The position numbers were made by a program, and so were the translations under genes. DNA of 56,904 bases. Source: an uncultured Candidatus Bathyarchaeia archaeon (GTDB taxonomy: Archaea > Thermoproteota > Bathyarchaeia > Bathyarchaeales > SOJC01). This document shows positions 18,479 to 27,762 of this stretch, one piece after another; position 1 is the first letter of the stretch; the number at the start of each line of letters is the position of its first letter. The notes beneath the pieces were generated by a model, which saw nothing but the letters and a program-made list of their open reading frames with translations, was not told where the DNA came from and ran no database searches. The DNA lies in NCBI GenBank assembly GCA_964544285.1, contig CAZJAQ010000001.1, forward strand, positions 45,640 through 102,543, given 5' to 3'.

Positions 18479-21280
18479 GTGTTTTCCTACGCGTTGAAGA
18501 GAGTGGTTCGTTCCGTTGGTCTCTTCGCTGCATTGCTGTTAGGCGTAGTTCTGGCATCCACGTTCTTCACTGGCATAAACATCGGCGCCGACACCACTGC
18601 AAAAGCTGCCTTAACCCAGCAGCTGAACCGGGTTCTGGTGGACATAACTGCCAGTAGATATGGTTCGCCCCTAGCTTCTACGACTTGGACTGCCGCCGCT
18701 GAAAACGTTGCTCTAGTCAACGGAGTGGTCGATACTGAGGTCATTTCTAGAGTTGACTTGTATGGAGAGAGTTTGCCGAAGAACTATTCGTACTTCAGAG
18801 TGGCAGGAATAACTGAGGGTTCGCGGGTCTACAGAGGTTTGAACGTGACGTCGGGTGCCAGCTTGCTCCAAGAAGATGAGGCTTACGTGTGGGTTGGTTC
18901 TTCGGACGCAGACAAGTTGAAGATAAACGACACGTTAACGTTCAGCTATTCACTCTGGATTGACTACACGTATGTGAATGTAAGTTTACAGTTTAAAGTC
19001 GCAGGCTTTGTAAACCTAGACGACACGGCGTTAGCCCTTGTTTCGGGGCAGTACCAGAACGATGGTGTGATAATTTACACGCCGTCAATACGGGACGATG
19101 TCAAGTTGATTTATCCTTATGGAAACATTCTCATCGTAAGCTGGGAAAAAACCTTTGCAGAATTCCTCGACACGGTCTATGCACTTCATCCGCAATACAG
19201 TCCCTTGGGCACCGAAATCTTGGTGTTCATCGATCGAGAGGCAGTCATAAACCCGTGGGACATTGGGGCTTCGCAGGAGGCTATAGGGCGTATTATCCTG
19301 CAGATAAACAACGTAGTGGCAGAATTCGGCATCACTGCTTACAGTAACCTGCAGAATGCTTTGAACACGTACCAGTATCTTTCTGTGGGGATGAGGATTT
19401 CTTTTTTGGTTGTGGCTCTGCCCGTGTTCTTCGTGGCATGGTACGTTGGGACCACGGTATCCGACGTGTCATTCAACCTTAGACGGCGGGAGATAGGCTT
19501 ACTGTTAGCTAAGGGTTTCTCTTCGGGACAGCTTTTCCGCTTGTTTTTGTCAGAATCTTTGATGATCGGAATCCTCGGCGGTCTAATCGGAGTGGGCTTA
19601 AGCTTCTTACTTAGCCCTTACTTCGTCACTGTCATAGGAAGCGAGTTTAGCGGGACAGCCCCTGTCTTAACCCTCGAAGTCATAATCTTGGCGATTGTTT
19701 TCAGCACGGGCATAACCCTCCTCTCAACGTTTGGACCCTCGAGAAGAGCTGCAAAACTCCCAGCAGTAGATGCCTTAAAAGAGTACATGTACGTCGAGGA
19801 GTCTAAACCTCTCAAGCAAAGATGGCCTTTCGTCGCCCTCTTCCTCGGCAGTTACAAAATAAGCATGTTCCTCGTGGGCATACCCGACTTGATGCAGTAT
19901 TTCATGGGTCGACCTCCGCCGACCACAAACATATTCGTCATGATTCTCTTGGGAACGTGGATAATCGTCGATACCATGTTAACACCGATCGCACCGTTGC
20001 TTTTCTTCTGGGGTTTCACGAAAATCTTCATCCGCGGCTCTTTAGGGTTTCAGGAATTAGTGACAAGAGCAGCTAGATTCCTCGGAGACTTGGGCGCGTT
20101 GGCGACAAAGAACGTGCGGAGAAACCCAGCCAGAGTCGCCTCGGTTGCCTTCTTAATCGCCATGATAATCGGCTACAGCTTTCAGACGGTTGGTGCTCTT
20201 GCCAGCGAAGACGACTACATAATTCGCCAAATCAAAGCCAACGTAGGCGCAGACATAAGCGTCTCCTTGACGAGTTTAGATAACGCCACGGAAGTATTGG
20301 GAAACATAACGGATTTACCCGGAGTGGAGTCTACAACTATCGAGTATTCCTTTAGTGGGGAAGACCAATCACTCGTCGCCGTCGAGCCTCAAGAATGGTT
20401 GTTGACAGCTTACTACGAGAATGAATGGTTTACAGGAAGCGATGTCGCTACGGCATTTCAACAAATGGCTAATGACAACAACACAGTCATCTTAGAACGT
20501 ACAGCGGCGAGCAACTTGGAACTTGGAGTCGGCGACTTTTTCACTCTCGTCGTCGGCTCCAGAACGACAAAACTCAGAGTGGTGGGATTCTTTGGACCAC
20601 AAACAAGCGGAGGGGCTCAGCCTGTTTTTGGACCCAGCCAATTCTACCCGAGTTACTCCTTCTGGTCATACGTTCCCGCAAACCTGTACCACTCAATGAG
20701 TAGTGCCGTGTTTGCGTTCGGAGAAATCTTAGTCAAGCTTGACGCAGGTGCAAACGGAACGAACGTAGCTGATCAGATTCGAGGTCTTAATTTAAGCGAC
20801 ATCAGCTATGTTTACTCCGTTGACGAACAGCTTAAGGAGAGAGAAATCAACCTAATATTGAGCGGCACCAAGAACGTTCAACGAATAGGGGTAATCTTTG
20901 CAGTTGTGGCGGCTTCGGTGGCTACAGCCCTTGTCGCGCTCGTGAGTCTGCAGGAACGCAAGAAGGAAGTGACCATAATGAACGTTCGAGGATTCTCTCT
21001 CAAACAACTAATCACGATGCTGCTCGCGGAGAACACGTCCATCGTAGTTTTTTCAGTAATACTAGGCGCCATAGTAGGTTTAATCATAGTCCACGGCAGC
21101 GTAGCCGCCCTTAACGCCTCCCAATATGTCACGCTTGTGGTTCATCGCATGGTGTTCCCGCCAGATGCCATACTGACTCTGGCAGCATCTTTGAGTCTAG
21201 TTTTCGCCTCCTCGATACTCCCGATAATCGCCATCACGAAAAGGTATGTTTCAAGGTTGGAGAGGATTGTGAGAGCTTGA
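18479..21280 (+). CDS. ABC transporter permease with two FtsX domains (MacB/LolCE-type)
   Basis: 933 aa. Each half has a large extracytoplasmic domain followed by a FtsX-type 3-TM bundle (…RRREIGLLLAKGFSSGQL… and …RKKEVTIMNVRGFSLKQL…). Confidence 0.85.
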   Translation: MFSYALKRVVRSVGLFAALLLGVVLASTFFTGINIGADTTAKAALTQQLNRVLVDITASRYGSPLASTTWTAAAENVALVNGVVDTEVISRVDLYGESLPKNYSYFRVAGITEGSRVYRGLNVTSGASLLQEDEAYVWVGSSDADKLKINDTLTFSYSLWIDYTYVNVSLQFKVAGFVNLDDTALALVSGQYQNDGVIIYTPSIRDDVKLIYPYGNILIVSWEKTFAEFLDTVYALHPQYSPLGTEILVFIDREAVINPWDIGASQEAIGRIILQINNVVAEFGITAYSNLQNALNTYQYLSVGMRISFLVVALPVFFVAWYVGTTVSDVSFNLRRREIGLLLAKGFSSGQLFRLFLSESLMIGILGGLIGVGLSFLLSPYFVTVIGSEFSGTAPVLTLEVIILAIVFSTGITLLSTFGPSRRAAKLPAVDALKEYMYVEESKPLKQRWPFVALFLGSYKISMFLVGIPDLMQYFMGRPPPTTNIFVMILLGTWIIVDTMLTPIAPLLFFWGFTKIFIRGSLGFQELVTRAARFLGDLGALATKNVRRNPARVASVAFLIAMIIGYSFQTVGALASEDDYIIRQIKANVGADISVSLTSLDNATEVLGNITDLPGVESTTIEYSFSGEDQSLVAVEPQEWLLTAYYENEWFTGSDVATAFQQMANDNNTVILERTAASNLELGVGDFFTLVVGSRTTKLRVVGFFGPQTSGGAQPVFGPSQFYPSYSFWSYVPANLYHSMSSAVFAFGEILVKLDAGANGTNVADQIRGLNLSDISYVYSVDEQLKEREINLILSGTKNVQRIGVIFAVVAASVATALVALVSLQERKKEVTIMNVRGFSLKQLITMLLAENTSIVVFSVILGAIVGLIIVHGSVAALNASQYVTLVVHRMVFPPDAILTLAASLSLVFASSILPIIAITKRYVSRLERIVRA

Positions 21281-22173
21281 AAGGCATGAATGTAATAGTG
21301 AAAGATTTGATACGGGTATACCGTCTGGGAAGTGTCGAAGTTCAAGCCCTCAGGGGCTTAAACATGGAAGTAGAAGAGGGAGAAATGGTCTCAGTCATCG
21401 GTCCTAGCGGAAGCGGCAAAACCACGCTGCTCAACATAGTTGGCGGGCTTGACCAAGCAACCGCCGGCAACGTGCAGGTGGGCGATGTCACAGTGACGGC
21501 TTTGCAGCCATCACAGCTCGTGGACTTTCGGAGAAAGCATGTAGGGCACATTTTCCAAACCTTAAACTTGATTCCAACATTAACCGCCGCTGAGAACGTT
21601 GAGTTGCCCATGATAGCGATGGGTGCCTCTCATGCATTCCGTGGTCAAAGGGTCAAGCAGCTGTTAGATACGGTGGGTTTAACAGAGCGTGCCAACCACA
21701 AGCCAGACGAACTAAGCGGCGGTGAGCAACAGCGTGTAGCCATAGCTGCAGCGTTGGCGAACGACGCTCCTGTGTTGTTGGCAGACGAGCCTACAGGCGA
21801 GTTGGACACGGTGAACGCTAAAATCGTCGTAGACTATCTGTCGAGGGTAAACAAGGAACTCGGCAAGACTATTATAATGGTGACCCACGACCCTAACGTT
21901 GCACGAGCAGCAGACTGCATACTGAAAATAGAAGACGGGGTAATCAAAGCTGCACTCACTCCAGCGCAGATCGTGAAAGAAGAGGCTGCAGTCTCGTACG
22001 TTGATCAGCTTAGAGCAAGAGTAGCGGACATCGAGGCACAATTGGCGAAGCTTGATGAAGATTTCAAGGCTGGCAAAATAGGCGGTGATGAATATGTGGA
22101 GAGGAGACAACGTTTGAAGCAGACGAGGAACAGTCTCGACGAAGAGCTCCACCGTATGGGAATCGTCACCTGA
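21277..22173 (+). CDS. ABC transporter ATP-binding protein (MacB/LolD-type) with C-terminal coiled-coil/SHOCT-like extension
   Basis: Walker [10 protein letters not shown], signature [12 protein letters not shown] and Walker [12 protein letters not shown]. It overlaps the permease by 4 nt. An alternative ATG is at 21286 (MNVIVKDL). Confidence 0.9.
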   Translation: MKGMNVIVKDLIRVYRLGSVEVQALRGLNMEVEEGEMVSVIGPSGSGKTTLLNIVGGLDQATAGNVQVGDVTVTALQPSQLVDFRRKHVGHIFQTLNLIPTLTAAENVELPMIAMGASHAFRGQRVKQLLDTVGLTERANHKPDELSGGEQQRVAIAAALANDAPVLLADEPTGELDTVNAKIVVDYLSRVNKELGKTIIMVTHDPNVARAADCILKIEDGVIKAALTPAQIVKEEAAVSYVDQLRARVADIEAQLAKLDEDFKAGKIGGDEYVERRQRLKQTRNSLDEELHRMGIVT

Positions 22174-22204
22174 CCGCTAACCTACTCAGCAGAAGGGCGC
22201 TCTC

Positions 22205-22873
22205 ATGAAAATGAAATTCTGGCGTCGCAAATGGTTTTTCACGATACTCGCCATAATCATTCTAGCCATAGCCTTGGTGCTAGTTGCTCTCCGAATCAAC
22301 TTTGGACAGAGGGAGGACGCTGTCCTCAGGTATTTCTCTGAGCAAGAAGGAATGCCGCAGACTTTTCTTCAACTCGAACAACTTACGCCTCTAAGTTCTG
22401 TGGTGCTCTGCTGGTGGGACTATGGGCGGGCGGTTAGACTGTGGAGTCACAGGGAAGTGAACGAGGCTTATCCGTCAAAGGACATTTGGCATTCTGTTGG
22501 AGCCAGTCGGGATCCTTGGCATAACATGGAAGCCCAACTTTTTGGGACATGGGGGTCTTCTGAAAAGATTCATGATTTGGCGAGGATTTTCATGCTGCCC
22601 GAGGAGCAGTCTCTCCCTATTATGGGGAGCTACGGCGTAACGTATGCTGTGGTCTTCGTACCAGACGACTTGCAGAAGTTTGGCTGGATTGCTGAAATCG
22701 CCGGGTACAACGCCTCAGAGTACCTAACTCAACAAGAAGGCGTCTATCAGCCTACGGCGCTGGGCTCTCAGGCGACGTTGTTACGTTTGTTGTTCGATGA
22801 TACTTTGCATCCGCAGCATTTTACGAAGCTCTTCGACAACGGCAAGGGCAAGATATACAGAGTTAACTACTAG
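22205..22873 (+). CDS. single-pass membrane protein consisting of an AglB/STT3 C-terminal (WWDYG + DK motif) domain only
   Basis: N-terminal TM helix, then WWDYG (nt 22412-22426), DDLQKFGW (DK-type motif) and a …GKIYRV ending. These occur in the order seen in oligosaccharyltransferase C-terminal domains. Confidence 0.7.
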   Translation: MKMKFWRRKWFFTILAIIILAIALVLVALRINFGQREDAVLRYFSEQEGMPQTFLQLEQLTPLSSVVLCWWDYGRAVRLWSHREVNEAYPSKDIWHSVGASRDPWHNMEAQLFGTWGSSEKIHDLARIFMLPEEQSLPIMGSYGVTYAVVFVPDDLQKFGWIAEIAGYNASEYLTQQEGVYQPTALGSQATLLRLLFDDTLHPQHFTKLFDNGKGKIYRVNY

Positions 22874-22886
22874 GGCAGACCAAGCT

Positions 22887-24266
22887 TCAAATGCGGACTT
22901 TAAGCAAAACAAAAACTATGAGGTATAGGGCGTAGCTTATCAAGATCAAGCCGCTGATTGCCCTGATTTTGGACTGATGCCTGTAAGTGCTTCTAGCCAG
23001 CTTCGAAACCGAACCCGCGAAGATCCCAATGCCGACGAAGGGAATCGCCGCTCCCAACAAGAACACGAGAATAACAAAGAAGAGAGTCTCAGGAAGCAAC
23101 AGGGGCATCATGGAAACGAAGATAGGTGCAATGCAGGGGTCGAGAAAGTAGAAAACGAACCCAAGGAGGAAGAGCCCAGCGTACGTGAAGACGTACTTTC
23201 TCGCCAACTTCTTGATCAGAGGCTTCGACTGAATCGACATCCTTGAAGGAAATCTTAGTACTCCTAGCAAGTTTAGCCCAAAGATTATGGCGAAGACGCT
23301 GACGACCCACGTTAAGGAGAGCTGGAGTGTGGGCATGGAAAGCATAGCTAACCCGAAGGCGAGGGCTAGAATTAGGGTGGCGGAGAGGAAGCCCGCTCCG
23401 AACGTCATGACCCTCGAAAAGCTCTCCTTGAAGTGAGAAGATTTGCCTATGGTGTAGCTTAGGACGAAGGAAAGCAGTATGATTAGGCATGGGGAAAAGG
23501 TTTCAAAGAAGCCCAACGAGAAGGCAACAAAAAACAGCGCAAGGGCACTATCAGAAGATGGTGTTCTAAGCTCGATATTGTCGTAAACGTAGTTGTTGTT
23601 GGCCAACACGGTTTCACCCAAAACAGACTGGGCTTCAACCCTTATGACATAACTCCCAGTTGTTTGGTTTGTTGTGTCCCAAACAAAAATCATTGAAACC
23701 TCATTCTTTGGACCTAAGCTTGTGATTAGTTGAGTTCCAATCAAAGTCTCGTTGAAATAGACGCTAACGCTGAAATTCTCAGTTTCAACTCCATAGTTCT
23801 TGGCGGTGGTGTTGATGTTAACCTTTTCACCAATCTTAACGGAAGTGCTCGACGGGATGACTTTAGTTATGGCAACGTCATGAATAGAGTTAGTCAAGTA
23901 GGCGTCGAGAATTTCCCGTAGATAGGTTTCGTTAACATAACCCTTAAACACCCTTTCATAATTTACCACAATGGTATTCCAGTCTGTAGGACTAATACCG
24001 TAGCTTAATTCTTTCTCACCAGATGAGTAGAAGAACAACCTTACCACTGAGACTCTTGAGCCGTAGTCGTTATGGATAGCGTTCACTGTTTGATTGTTGT
24101 GAAGCCATGTTTCATATGCTTCAAGACTGCATGTAGTGCAGAGGGGCGGCTCATAGTAGAAGAATTCGATGGGCACGGGTTCCACTGAATAGCCCGACCT
24201 TACGAATACCAATATGACTAAAAGGCAGGCAGCGAATGCAAGTGAAAGCGTTCTTGCTTTTGACAT
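22887..24266 (-). CDS. fusion protein: signal peptide, thioredoxin-like CxxC domain, CARDB-like domain, CcdA/DsbD-type transmembrane thiol:disulfide transfer domain
   Basis: CTTC near the N-terminus. CARDB-like segment VAITKV…KNYGVETENFSVSVYFNETLIG…. The C-terminal 6-TM region carries FSPC and LDPC motifs typical of CcdA/DsbD. Confidence 0.7.
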   Translation of the reverse strand: MSKARTLSLAFAACLLVILVFVRSGYSVEPVPIEFFYYEPPLCTTCSLEAYETWLHNNQTVNAIHNDYGSRVSVVRLFFYSSGEKELSYGISPTDWNTIVVNYERVFKGYVNETYLREILDAYLTNSIHDVAITKVIPSSTSVKIGEKVNINTTAKNYGVETENFSVSVYFNETLIGTQLITSLGPKNEVSMIFVWDTTNQTTGSYVIRVEAQSVLGETVLANNNYVYDNIELRTPSSDSALALFFVAFSLGFFETFSPCLIILLSFVLSYTIGKSSHFKESFSRVMTFGAGFLSATLILALAFGLAMLSMPTLQLSLTWVVSVFAIIFGLNLLGVLRFPSRMSIQSKPLIKKLARKYVFTYAGLFLLGFVFYFLDPCIAPIFVSMMPLLLPETLFFVILVFLLGAAIPFVGIGIFAGSVSKLARSTYRHQSKIRAISGLILISYALYLIVFVLLKVRI

Positions 24267-24467
24267 GTTACTCAGATGGGTAAATCGCCCTGCTGTATTA
24301 AAACGTTGTAGAATAATCTTCTATAACCGCTCTAAGACTATTGTGGGGAAGATTTCCACCCACTGATGATAGGAAGGAGATGTTGGGTGCGAGTCTAAGC
24401 TGATGCGCAAGCCACAACGCTTAAGAATTGAAACACTTTACTCGTATGGAAAGGAGAGAAAGATTCC

Positions 24468-24767
24468 ATGAGTGCAGTAGAAATGAAGAGAAAAGCCCGG
24501 GCATTCGTCCTCATCGAGACACATCCAGGAGAAGAAGAGGAGGTAATGAAAAAGCTGCTCCAAATAAACGAAGTCAAAGAAGCACACATCTACTCTGGAG
24601 AAATGGATATAATCGCAGTCTTGGAAACAGACCGAGAAGTGGTCGCCCCGAGCTCCAAGAAGATTTCAGACGTTGTCATACGCAAGATTCAAAGCATCCC
24701 CGGAATCCAGGATACTGAAACAATAATTCCGACAACCTCGAAAACCAAGTGGACTGAAAAAGCCTAA
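24468..24767 (+). CDS. stand-alone Lrp/AsnC ligand-binding (RAM) domain protein
   Basis: KARAFVLIETHPGEEEEVMKKLLQINEVKEAHIYSGEMDIIAVLE is the typical AsnC_trans_reg fold pattern. GGAG-type SD precedes the ATG. Confidence 0.7.
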   Translation: MSAVEMKRKARAFVLIETHPGEEEEVMKKLLQINEVKEAHIYSGEMDIIAVLETDREVVAPSSKKISDVVIRKIQSIPGIQDTETIIPTTSKTKWTEKA

Positions 24768-24828
24768 GCATGATGCCCAAGCTAAACAAATTAATGCGCG
24801 TATTCGCTGACTATCCCTACCAACCTCT

Positions 24829-25860
24829 CTAGCCGAAGAACACTTTGGCTATTTCGTAAAGCTTCAAGTCCACAGTTTTTCTTTTACCGATAACATCCTT
24901 CAACGGAACAGAGACAAAGTCGTTTCCCCGAAGCGCCACCATGTGCCCGAACTTGTTTTCGTGGACGAGGTCTATTGCGGCGATGCCGTATCTGGTGGCT
25001 ATGACTCTGTCGAAGGCTATAGGTGACCCGCCCCGTTGAAGATGCCCAAGAACCACCACTCTGGTCTCGATGTCCTCGCATCTGTCCTCGATCTCTTTGC
25101 CCAAGTAATAGCCCACGCCGCCAAGCCTGACATGTCCAAACTCGTCGACGCGGCTGCTGTAGACAACTTCTTCGCCTCCTTTGGGCTTCGCGCCCTCGGC
25201 GACGACGATTAGGCTGAAGTTTCTGCCACGTTTCTGTCGTCGCTTGATGTATTCGCATACCTCGTCGACGTCGAAAGGTTTCTCGGGGATTAAGATGACG
25301 TCTGCTCCTCCGGCGAGCCCAGCCCACAGGGCAATCCACCCTGTGTATCTGCCCATCACTTCGAGGATTATGACTCTGTGATGTGCCTCTGCCGTAGTGT
25401 GGAGTCGGTCAAGAGCCTCGCAGGCTATTGAGACTGCTGTTTGGAACCCGAAAGTGTAGTCGGTGCCGGCGAGGTCGTTGTCGATTGTTTTAGGCACGCC
25501 TACGCAGGGAAGCCCTATCTCGTAGAGCTTGTAAGCCACGCCTAATGTGTCGTCTCCGCCGATGGCTATTACTGCGTTAATCTTATGCTTCTTCACGTTT
25601 TTTAGAATACTTTGTGGTCCGTCTTCGCTCTTGAATGGGTTCGTCCTTGAGGTTCCTAGGATGGAGCCTCCACGGGGCAGCATGCCCGAAGTGGTTTTCA
25701 AGTCTAATGGGATTAATTCGTCTTCGACTAGTCCTCGCCACCCGTCTTTGATTCCGACGGTTTCGTAGTCGTATTCTTGAATTGCTTTCCTCACGATGGC
25801 TCTAATTACTGCGTTGATTCCTGGGGCGTCTCCCCCTCCGCTTAATATCCCAACTCTCAT
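24829..25860 (-). CDS. pfp: 6-phosphofructokinase, PfkA family, with PPi-dependent signature residues
   Basis: Start MRVGILSGGGDAPGIN at 25860, preceded by GGAAGGAA. IGGDDT and VPKTIDND correspond to Asp104/Lys124 in E. coli PfkA numbering. Confidence 0.85.
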   Translation of the reverse strand: MRVGILSGGGDAPGINAVIRAIVRKAIQEYDYETVGIKDGWRGLVEDELIPLDLKTTSGMLPRGGSILGTSRTNPFKSEDGPQSILKNVKKHKINAVIAIGGDDTLGVAYKLYEIGLPCVGVPKTIDNDLAGTDYTFGFQTAVSIACEALDRLHTTAEAHHRVIILEVMGRYTGWIALWAGLAGGADVILIPEKPFDVDEVCEYIKRRQKRGRNFSLIVVAEGAKPKGGEEVVYSSRVDEFGHVRLGGVGYYLGKEIEDRCEDIETRVVVLGHLQRGGSPIAFDRVIATRYGIAAIDLVHENKFGHMVALRGNDFVSVPLKDVIGKRKTVDLKLYEIAKVFFG

Positions 25861-25876
25861 GTTTCCTTCCTTCTTC

Positions 25877-26797
25877 TTAGGGTGCCTTGTCTGAGCTCCC
25901 GAACAGCCGCATCTTGTCCTTAACAACCTCTTTCATGGTTCCTCTTGCTGGGCCTAAGACTTTTCGTGGGTCGTATTCTTTTGGCGAGGTGGCTAAGACT
26001 TCGCGCACTGCGCCGGTGAAGGCTAACCGCAGGTCGGTGTCGATGTTTATCTTCGATATTCCCAGCGATATGGCTTTTTGGATGTGGTCTGTGGGGATTC
26101 CTTTGGCTCCGGCTAGTTCTGCGCCGTACTTGGTGGCTTTTTCGATTATCCATTGGGGAACGCTTGATGCCCCGTGCAGAACCAGTAGAACGTCCACTTT
26201 TTTCCTGATAGTTTTCAGCCTTTCGAAATCCAGTTTTGGTTCTCCCTTGAACTTGTAGGCTCCGTGGGAGGTGCCGATTGCGACTGCGAGGGCGTCCACG
26301 CCCGCGCGTTTTACGAATTCTTTTGCGGCGTCGGGGTCTGTTAGGACTGCTTCTTTTTCTTCAACTGTTGACTCTTCGACGCCTGCTAGTCTTCCGAGTT
26401 CTGCTTCGACAGACACGCCTTTTGGATGGGCTAATTCCACGACTTTCTTTGTGGTGGCGATGTTTTCTTCAAAGCTGAGGTGTGATGCGTCTATCATGAC
26501 GGAGGTGAAGCCTGCTTCTACGCATTTTTTCACGGTTTCTATGTCTTCTCCGTGGTCGAGGTGTAGGGACACGGGTTGTGGGAGTGTTTTTGCTGCCACT
26601 TTTGCTATTGTGGCTAAGTATTCTAGTCCTGCATATTTGATGGCGCTGGGGGTTACTGCGATGATTGCTGGTGATTTTTCTTCGGCTGCTGCTTCGGTGA
26701 TGGCTAGTAGGGTTTCGAGGTTGTTTATGTTGAAGGCGCCGACGGCGTAGCCTTTTGCTGCGGCGGTTGACATGATTTTTTTGTTTGTGGTGAGCAT
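25877..26797 (-). CDS. fba: class II fructose-bisphosphate aldolase
   Basis: MLTTNKKIMSTAAAKGYAVGAFNINNLE, HLDHG, GTSHGAYK and LVLHGASS motifs. Only the last 306 codons of the 585-aa track ORF are real. The stop is 16 nt before pfp. Confidence 0.9.
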   Translation of the reverse strand: MLTTNKKIMSTAAAKGYAVGAFNINNLETLLAITEAAAEEKSPAIIAVTPSAIKYAGLEYLATIAKVAAKTLPQPVSLHLDHGEDIETVKKCVEAGFTSVMIDASHLSFEENIATTKKVVELAHPKGVSVEAELGRLAGVEESTVEEKEAVLTDPDAAKEFVKRAGVDALAVAIGTSHGAYKFKGEPKLDFERLKTIRKKVDVLLVLHGASSVPQWIIEKATKYGAELAGAKGIPTDHIQKAISLGISKINIDTDLRLAFTGAVREVLATSPKEYDPRKVLGPARGTMKEVVKDKMRLFGSSDKAP

Positions 26798-26844
26798 TTT
26801 AGGTCTCAGAGTGTTATTCGAGTCACGAGTATTAAAAATGTAAG

Positions 26845-27522
26845 CTAGGTCAGTATTCTTGAGAGGATTGCGGGCAGGAGGACTTCGCCTATTGCGTATG
26901 GGATTACCACGGCGAGGGTTCCGACGAAGACCATTTCTGCTCCTGAGGTGAGCCAGTTTTTGTTTGTGAAGGTTGTTTTCCACACGCCTACCGTGAAGAG
27001 GGGTGCGAAGGTGATGGCTGAAGCGGCGAGCAGGCTGCTTTGAGGGGCGGTGATGAGGAGGTATGGGATTATGGGGACGAGCCCTCCTACGACGAAGGCG
27101 AGGAACATGATTAGTCCCACTTTGATGGGGTTTGCGAAGCGTTCTTCGAAGAGTCCGAGTTCTTCTTTCATCATGGAGTCCAGCCAAGTTTGTTTGTCGC
27201 CTGTTATGCGGTCGACTATTAGGCGTAGTTCTTCGTCGGTGAACTGGGCTTTTTTCTGGTATACTTGTCGGATTTCTTCTCGTTCTATCTCTGGGAGTTC
27301 TTCGATTTCCCGCTTTTCTCGTTCGATTTCGCTCTTGTGGTGTTCGATTTCGGATTTGGAGGAGATGTAGGCGTCTATTCCCATGGAGATTGCGCCCGCC
27401 ACGACGCCTGAGATTCCGGCGACTAGTATGTGGCTTCTGATTAGGGCGCCGCCCGTGACTCCGGCTAGGAGGGCTAGTGTTGAGATGGAGTCGTCGTTGA
27501 AGCCGAAGACGATTTCTCTCAC
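26845..27522 (-). CDS. VIT1/CCC1 family iron/manganese transporter
   Basis: IVFGFNDDSISTLALLAGVTGG, a Glu-rich cytosolic helix region (EIEHHKSEIEREKREIEELPEIEREE) and C-terminal TM helices. GTG start. Confidence 0.85.
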   Translation of the reverse strand: MREIVFGFNDDSISTLALLAGVTGGALIRSHILVAGISGVVAGAISMGIDAYISSKSEIEHHKSEIEREKREIEELPEIEREEIRQVYQKKAQFTDEELRLIVDRITGDKQTWLDSMMKEELGLFEERFANPIKVGLIMFLAFVVGGLVPIIPYLLITAPQSSLLAASAITFAPLFTVGVWKTTFTNKNWLTSGAEMVFVGTLAVVIPYAIGEVLLPAILSRILT

Positions 27523-27762
27523 GTTTATTTTTTTGTGCTATCGTTCGCCTTCTTCGACGTTTTGTTTCGCGGTTCTGAAGATTTCTTCCTTTTCCATCAC
27601 GCCTTCTTTCTTCATTTTGGCTGGTTCCCTGCATTTCCTGTAATAGAAACTACTCGTCATGAACTGTGGGAAGAATTATCATCTGGTGCGATGTATTAAC
27701 TTTACCTGCTTATACCCTCTCAGGATGGAATCTCGGCTTCTTATCAGATTATTACTTTTACA

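Noticed and set aside
24355-24405. TGATGA … CTGA spacing resembling C and D boxes of a C/D sRNA upstream of the Lrp-like gene.
   Set aside because: There is no C'/D' pair and no terminal stem. The C box is preceded by C rather than a purine, and the interval is too short.
24884-25339. 151-aa Arg-rich ORF inside pfp.
   Set aside because: Alternative frame of a well-supported gene, with low-complexity composition.
27523-27615. 25-codon ORF (MKKEGVMEKEEIFRTAKQNVEEGER) in frame with the VIT1 GTG start, separated only by a TAG and five codons. This raised the possibility of readthrough, pyrrolysine, or an interrupted N-terminal extension.
   Set aside because: I see no recognisable similarity of the peptide to VIT1 N-termini and no evidence for TAG recoding in this window. 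The in-frame arrangement is plausible by chance. It is worth a glance only if orthologs carry a longer N-terminus.
25877-27634. 585-aa ORF whose N-terminal ~280 aa are extremely Arg/Asn/Pro-rich.
   Set aside because: Only the C-terminal 306 codons (class II aldolase, start 26797) are real. The upstream part is an alternative frame of the VIT1 gene, kept open because the strand is T-poor and stop codons are therefore rare.
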